This document shows positions 58,468 to 64,000 of a DNA stretch of 64,000 nucleotides, in pieces. The first letter of the stretch is position 1; each line of letters opens with the position of its first letter. Made by a program: the position numbers and the translations under genes. Source of the stretch: a bacterium (lineage in GTDB: Bacteria > Bdellovibrionota_C > UBA2361 > CALJRW01); contig JANNBC010000052.1 in assembly GCA_031385045.1 (NCBI GenBank), positions 1 to 64,000 of the forward strand, read 5' to 3'. The notes under the pieces are model-generated. The model saw only the letters and a list, made by a program, of their open reading frames with translations, did not search any database and was not told where the DNA came from.

Positions 58468-59562
58468 ATGATCATTGAAAATCTTTACTTAGCTGGGTTT
58501 AGAAATCTAGAAGAACAGGAAGTTCAATTTAGTCCTGAGGTAAATTTATTAATTGGTAATAATGCCCAAGGTAAAACTAGTTTTCTAGAAGCACTTTATT
58601 TTTTGGCTAATTGTAAATCTTTTCGTACTGCTAAGAATAAAGATCTAATTAGTTGGAATGGACCAGGGGCATTCTTAAAGGTTGAGCTAAAAGATCGCCT
58701 TGTTAAACAAGAAATTGAAATCAATTTAACTAGTAATTCTCGTAAGATTCTAGTTAATCAAAAAAAAATCAGTAATCTTGTTGATTATTTAGGAGTATTA
58801 AGAGTTATTTGTTTTGCACCTGAGAACCTTTCTTTGGTTAAAGGTAGTCCAGCGCTTCGCCGAGAATTCTTAGACCGCCATTTAGTAGATATCAATCCTA
58901 GGTTCCTAAATTATTTAGTAAAATATAATAAAGCTCTTAAAAATAAAAACACATTACTTAAAAACCGTCAGGCAAATCGTTTAAATATTGAGGCTTGGAA
59001 TCAGATTTTAGCTGAACTTGCGGAACAAATAATTATTGAAAGACTCGCTTTTACCCAAAGATTAAATATTGAAGCTCAAGTTGTACACCAAAAATATGGC
59101 CCAAAGGATGGAATTTTAGAGCTAAGCTATCAAACGGCCTGTGGATTAAATGGTGATTTTAGTAAAGAAATAATTTTTCAACAGCTTAATGAAAACTTTG
59201 AAAAGGAAGTTATTTTAAAAAATAGTCTGATTGGACCACATCGTGACGATTTAGAAATTAAACTTAATCAGCAATTAGCCCGAAGCTTTGCCTCCCAGGG
59301 ACAAACTAGATCTATTGCTCTTTCACTTAAATTTGCAGTTGTTAAAATGATTGAGGAAGAATATCAGGAGTCTCCGATTATCTTACTTGATGATTTAGAT
59401 TCAGAATTAGATCAAGAAAGGTTAGTCCTTTTGTATGATTTTTTACTTAGTAAATCCCGGCAAATATTTATTTCTGGAACTTCAATCCCAGCAAGCATTG
59501 ATCAATTAGGGAAGAGCATGTCTCATTTCGAAATTCAAAACGGACTCGCTAAAGTCTTATAA
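58468..59562 (+). CDS. recF: DNA replication/repair protein RecF
   Basis: FRN, GNNAQGKTS, GSPALRREFLD, GPHRDDL, ASQGQ, LLDDLDSELD. Confidence 0.96.
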   Translation: MIIENLYLAGFRNLEEQEVQFSPEVNLLIGNNAQGKTSFLEALYFLANCKSFRTAKNKDLISWNGPGAFLKVELKDRLVKQEIEINLTSNSRKILVNQKKISNLVDYLGVLRVICFAPENLSLVKGSPALRREFLDRHLVDINPRFLNYLVKYNKALKNKNTLLKNRQANRLNIEAWNQILAELAEQIIIERLAFTQRLNIEAQVVHQKYGPKDGILELSYQTACGLNGDFSKEIIFQQLNENFEKEVILKNSLIGPHRDDLEIKLNQQLARSFASQGQTRSIALSLKFAVVKMIEEEYQESPIILLDDLDSELDQERLVLLYDFLLSKSRQIFISGTSIPASIDQLGKSMSHFEIQNGLAKVL

Positions 59563-59764
59563 ACTTTTAGCGTATTCGAACCTATGTAAAAGCAAAAAAG
59601 CAAGCCCTAATTTAGTAATTAGCAAGAAGAAAAATAGAGCAATTTATCCTTAAAAAACTAGCAATTTTGCCTTCCCCTACTTAAACAAAACGCACTAATT
59701 TAATTGCTTATTTTACCATCCAATAATATAGTAATGATTCTCTAAAAATTGCCTAAAGACTTAA

Positions 59765-62209
<2,445 letters not shown>

Positions 62210-62212
<3 letters not shown>

Positions 62213-62338
62213 TATTTTATTGATGTACGAAGTACGTCAATAAAATATTATCCGCCATAGCACCTTGGTGCGACGGCGGATTTCTGCATATCCAGATACG
62301 AGACCACGTCGAAACACTTTAGTGCTTTGACGTGGTCT
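62210..62338. repeat. Cluster of three hairpins downstream of gyrB (terminator-like plus REP-like)
   Basis: 19-bp stem with GAA loop (62210-62250); TCCGCCATAGCACC-tt-GGTGCGACGGCGGA (62251-62280); 18-bp imperfect stem (62301-62338). Confidence 0.75.
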
Positions 62339-62440
62339 TTGTAATTTCTAGACTCAGGCCACATCATAACATAGAATTATAGCAAGAGTTGCAAAGAATA
62401 TAATTACAATTCTTATAAATTTATAGCCTCTCTTTATTGT

Positions 62441-62683
62441 TCAATAAAAAATTGGCTCGCTCATAAGTTGGGGTGTCGAGTAAGAGTTTTTTAATAAGGG
62501 ATCAGCATTAAAGTCTTTGCCACTAAATCTACATTCATCTGATTCTACACAACCACTAGGTCTAAATGCATAACAATATCCATCACAGGCGAACGGCAAT
62601 CCTATAGCACAGCAGTGAGTTCGGGAATTTCTAGACTTATAGTAGTTATTGAGAGCGGTACAATTCTCAAATCCTGCTATCTT
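62441..62683 (-). pseudogene. Start-less Cys-rich reading frame, possible 3' remnant of a secreted-protein gene
   Basis: 80 stop-free codons (KIAGFENC...HCCAIGLPFACDGYCYAFRPSGCVESDEC...PIFY-TGA) preceded by in-frame TAG; 7 Cys. Confidence 0.45.
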
Positions 62684-62723
62684 CTAATAAAAACAGTAGT
62701 TTTCCAGGAATGGAGTTGGCTAT

Positions 62724-62753
62724 TTGACTTAACTATTTGATTTTAGTTATAAT
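62724..62753 (+). promoter_or_regulatory. Sigma70-type promoter
   Basis: TTGACT-18 nt-TATAAT, ending 31 nt upstream of ATG 62785. Confidence 0.65.
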
Positions 62754-62784
62754 GCCCACCTTAATTTGATATCAAAATACAGAC

Positions 62785-62913
62785 ATGGCCTCTAATTCAA
62801 AAATCGTAAAAAATATCCGTAGCGCAAGAGACGCAAAAAAACTTAAGAACCGACGTAAAGAAACGGTTAAAAAGCATGAAAAAGCAGTTCGTACTGGTAA
62901 GACTATCTTATAG
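62785..62913 (+). CDS. 42-aa highly basic small protein (not in the ORF track)
   Basis: MASNSKIVKNIRSARDAKKLKNRRKETVKKHEKAVRTGKTIL; own promoter upstream and hairpin downstream. Confidence 0.7.
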   Translation: MASNSKIVKNIRSARDAKKLKNRRKETVKKHEKAVRTGKTIL

Positions 62914-62931
62914 TTTGATAGGTACCGTAAA

Positions 62932-62967
62932 ATTTTAGATAAACCAATTCTCTGGTTTATCTAAAAT
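62932..62967. terminator. Hairpin between the small ORF and convergent glmU
   Basis: ATTTTAGATAAACCA-attctc-TGGTTTATCTAAAAT perfect 15-bp stem. Confidence 0.7.
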
Positions 62968-62969
62968 CA

Positions 62970-64000
62970 TTAGCTCTTCCTGTAGTTTTCTTTTATTTTC
63001 AATTCCGCACGAGTCAGTCCCAAGGCCCTATCTGGGATATTTTTGGTAATTACCGAACCAGCGCCGATTAAGGCATTTGCTCCAATTTCTACTGGGGCAA
63101 CTAATGAGCTGTTACTTCCTATAAAAGCTTCCGCTCCAATTTTTGTTTGAAATTTATTTTTCCCATCATAGTTACAAGTAATTGTACCAGCACCAATATT
63201 GGCATTTTCTCCAACTAGGCAATCTCCTAAATAGGTTAAGTGAGAAGCCTTCGCCCCATTTCCTAAAATAGTTTTCTTTGTTTCTACAAAGTTTCCAACC
63301 TTAGCGTTAGAACCAATTTTACTTTCAGGTCGTAGATGAGCAAAAGGACCAATCTCACAGTGGTCGGCAATCTCCGCATTTTCTAGGCGACAAGAAATTT
63401 TAATTAAATTATCATTTCCAATTTGACAGTTTTTAATCCAAGAATTTCCCTCTATCTTTGTTCCAGAACCAATTGTTGTTTTTCCAAAAATCTGACAATT
63501 AGGACCAATCTCTGCCCCAATCTCGATATTAACTTGATAGTCGATGTAAGAGCTCTCTGGCAGAATGAAATTTACACCAGAGACGATTAGATCTTTAATC
63601 TTTCTTTGGCGTAAAACATGATTGATCTGTTTTAGATCAAAGAGATCGTTAACACCTTGGCATTCTAAAGCATCGTCGATCATTAAGCAGTCAACATTTT
63701 GACCTTCTTTAGTCGCCCTTTCAAAAATATCAGTTAAGTAATATTCCTTTTGTTTGTTATTATTTTCTAGTTCATTAATTGCCGGACTTAAGAATGCTGA
63801 GTCTACCAAGTATACTCCCGTATTAGTTTCTTTTGTCGCTCTTTGTAATGCCGTACAGTCTTTATACTCCACGATTTTTAAGGGTTTGCCTGCTTCATCC
63901 CGAATAATCCTGCCATAGTGATTATGATTATTGTTTAAGCTAAGCAAGCTAAGAGTATTACGATTTTCTAGGTGAAAGGAGATAAACTGCTTAAAAGTTT
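62970..64000 (-). CDS. glmU: Bifunctional GlmU, 5' end outside the window
   Basis: YGRIIR, IVEYKD, EYYLTD, GVND, GPFAHLRP, GNFVETK, HLTYLGD, GAGTITCNYDG; frame stays open to the window edge. Confidence 0.96.
   Translation of the reverse strand, partial: TFKQFISFHLENRNTLSLLSLNNNHNHYGRIIRDEAGKPLKIVEYKDCTALQRATKETNTGVYLVDSAFLSPAINELENNNKQKEYYLTDIFERATKEGQNVDCLMIDDALECQGVNDLFDLKQINHVLRQRKIKDLIVSGVNFILPESSYIDYQVNIEIGAEIGPNCQIFGKTTIGSGTKIEGNSWIKNCQIGNDNLIKISCRLENAEIADHCEIGPFAHLRPESKIGSNAKVGNFVETKKTILGNGAKASHLTYLGDCLVGENANIGAGTITCNYDGKNKFQTKIGAEAFIGSNSSLVAPVEIGANALIGAGSVITKNIPDRALGLTRAELKIKENYRKS

Overview
AT-rich bacterial chromosome segment that spans the probable replication origin. 0.5-25 kb is a surface-glycan locus: a large secreted protein with three repeated beta-sandwich-like modules, several multidomain GT2/GT4 glycosyltransferases (including a diverged paralog pair), a Wzm/Wzt ABC exporter, two polyprenyl-phosphate GT2 enzymes and several GT-C-type membrane proteins. 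25-54 kb is mostly housekeeping and signalling: purM, leuB, a PilB/GspE ATPase-rppH-recJ unit, a PAS hybrid kinase, gpsA, gyrA, an HPr-like protein, a sigma54 activator, sthA, gatCAB, a membrane-anchored AAA ATPase, ppiD and mpl. 53.5-64 kb holds atpE-atpB divergent from dnaA-[oriC]-dnaN-recF-gyrB, and a window-truncated glmU. The split F0 operon and signal-bearing c subunit suggest a deltaproteobacteria-like lineage (inference). The most notable items missing from the ORF track are a nested family of TATAC...GTATA-ended MITE-like and REP-like palindromes (33.9-34.3 kb, 11.2 kb, 62.25 kb), a 42-aa very basic ORF with a near-consensus promoter (62785-62913) and a start-less Cys-rich reading frame (62441-62683). 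Also notable are a double GT-C fusion with a possible frameshift junction and an Msp1/Cdc48-like membrane AAA ATPase. No rRNA, tRNA, CRISPR array or transposase was recognised. All assignments come from motif recognition by eye; no searches were run.
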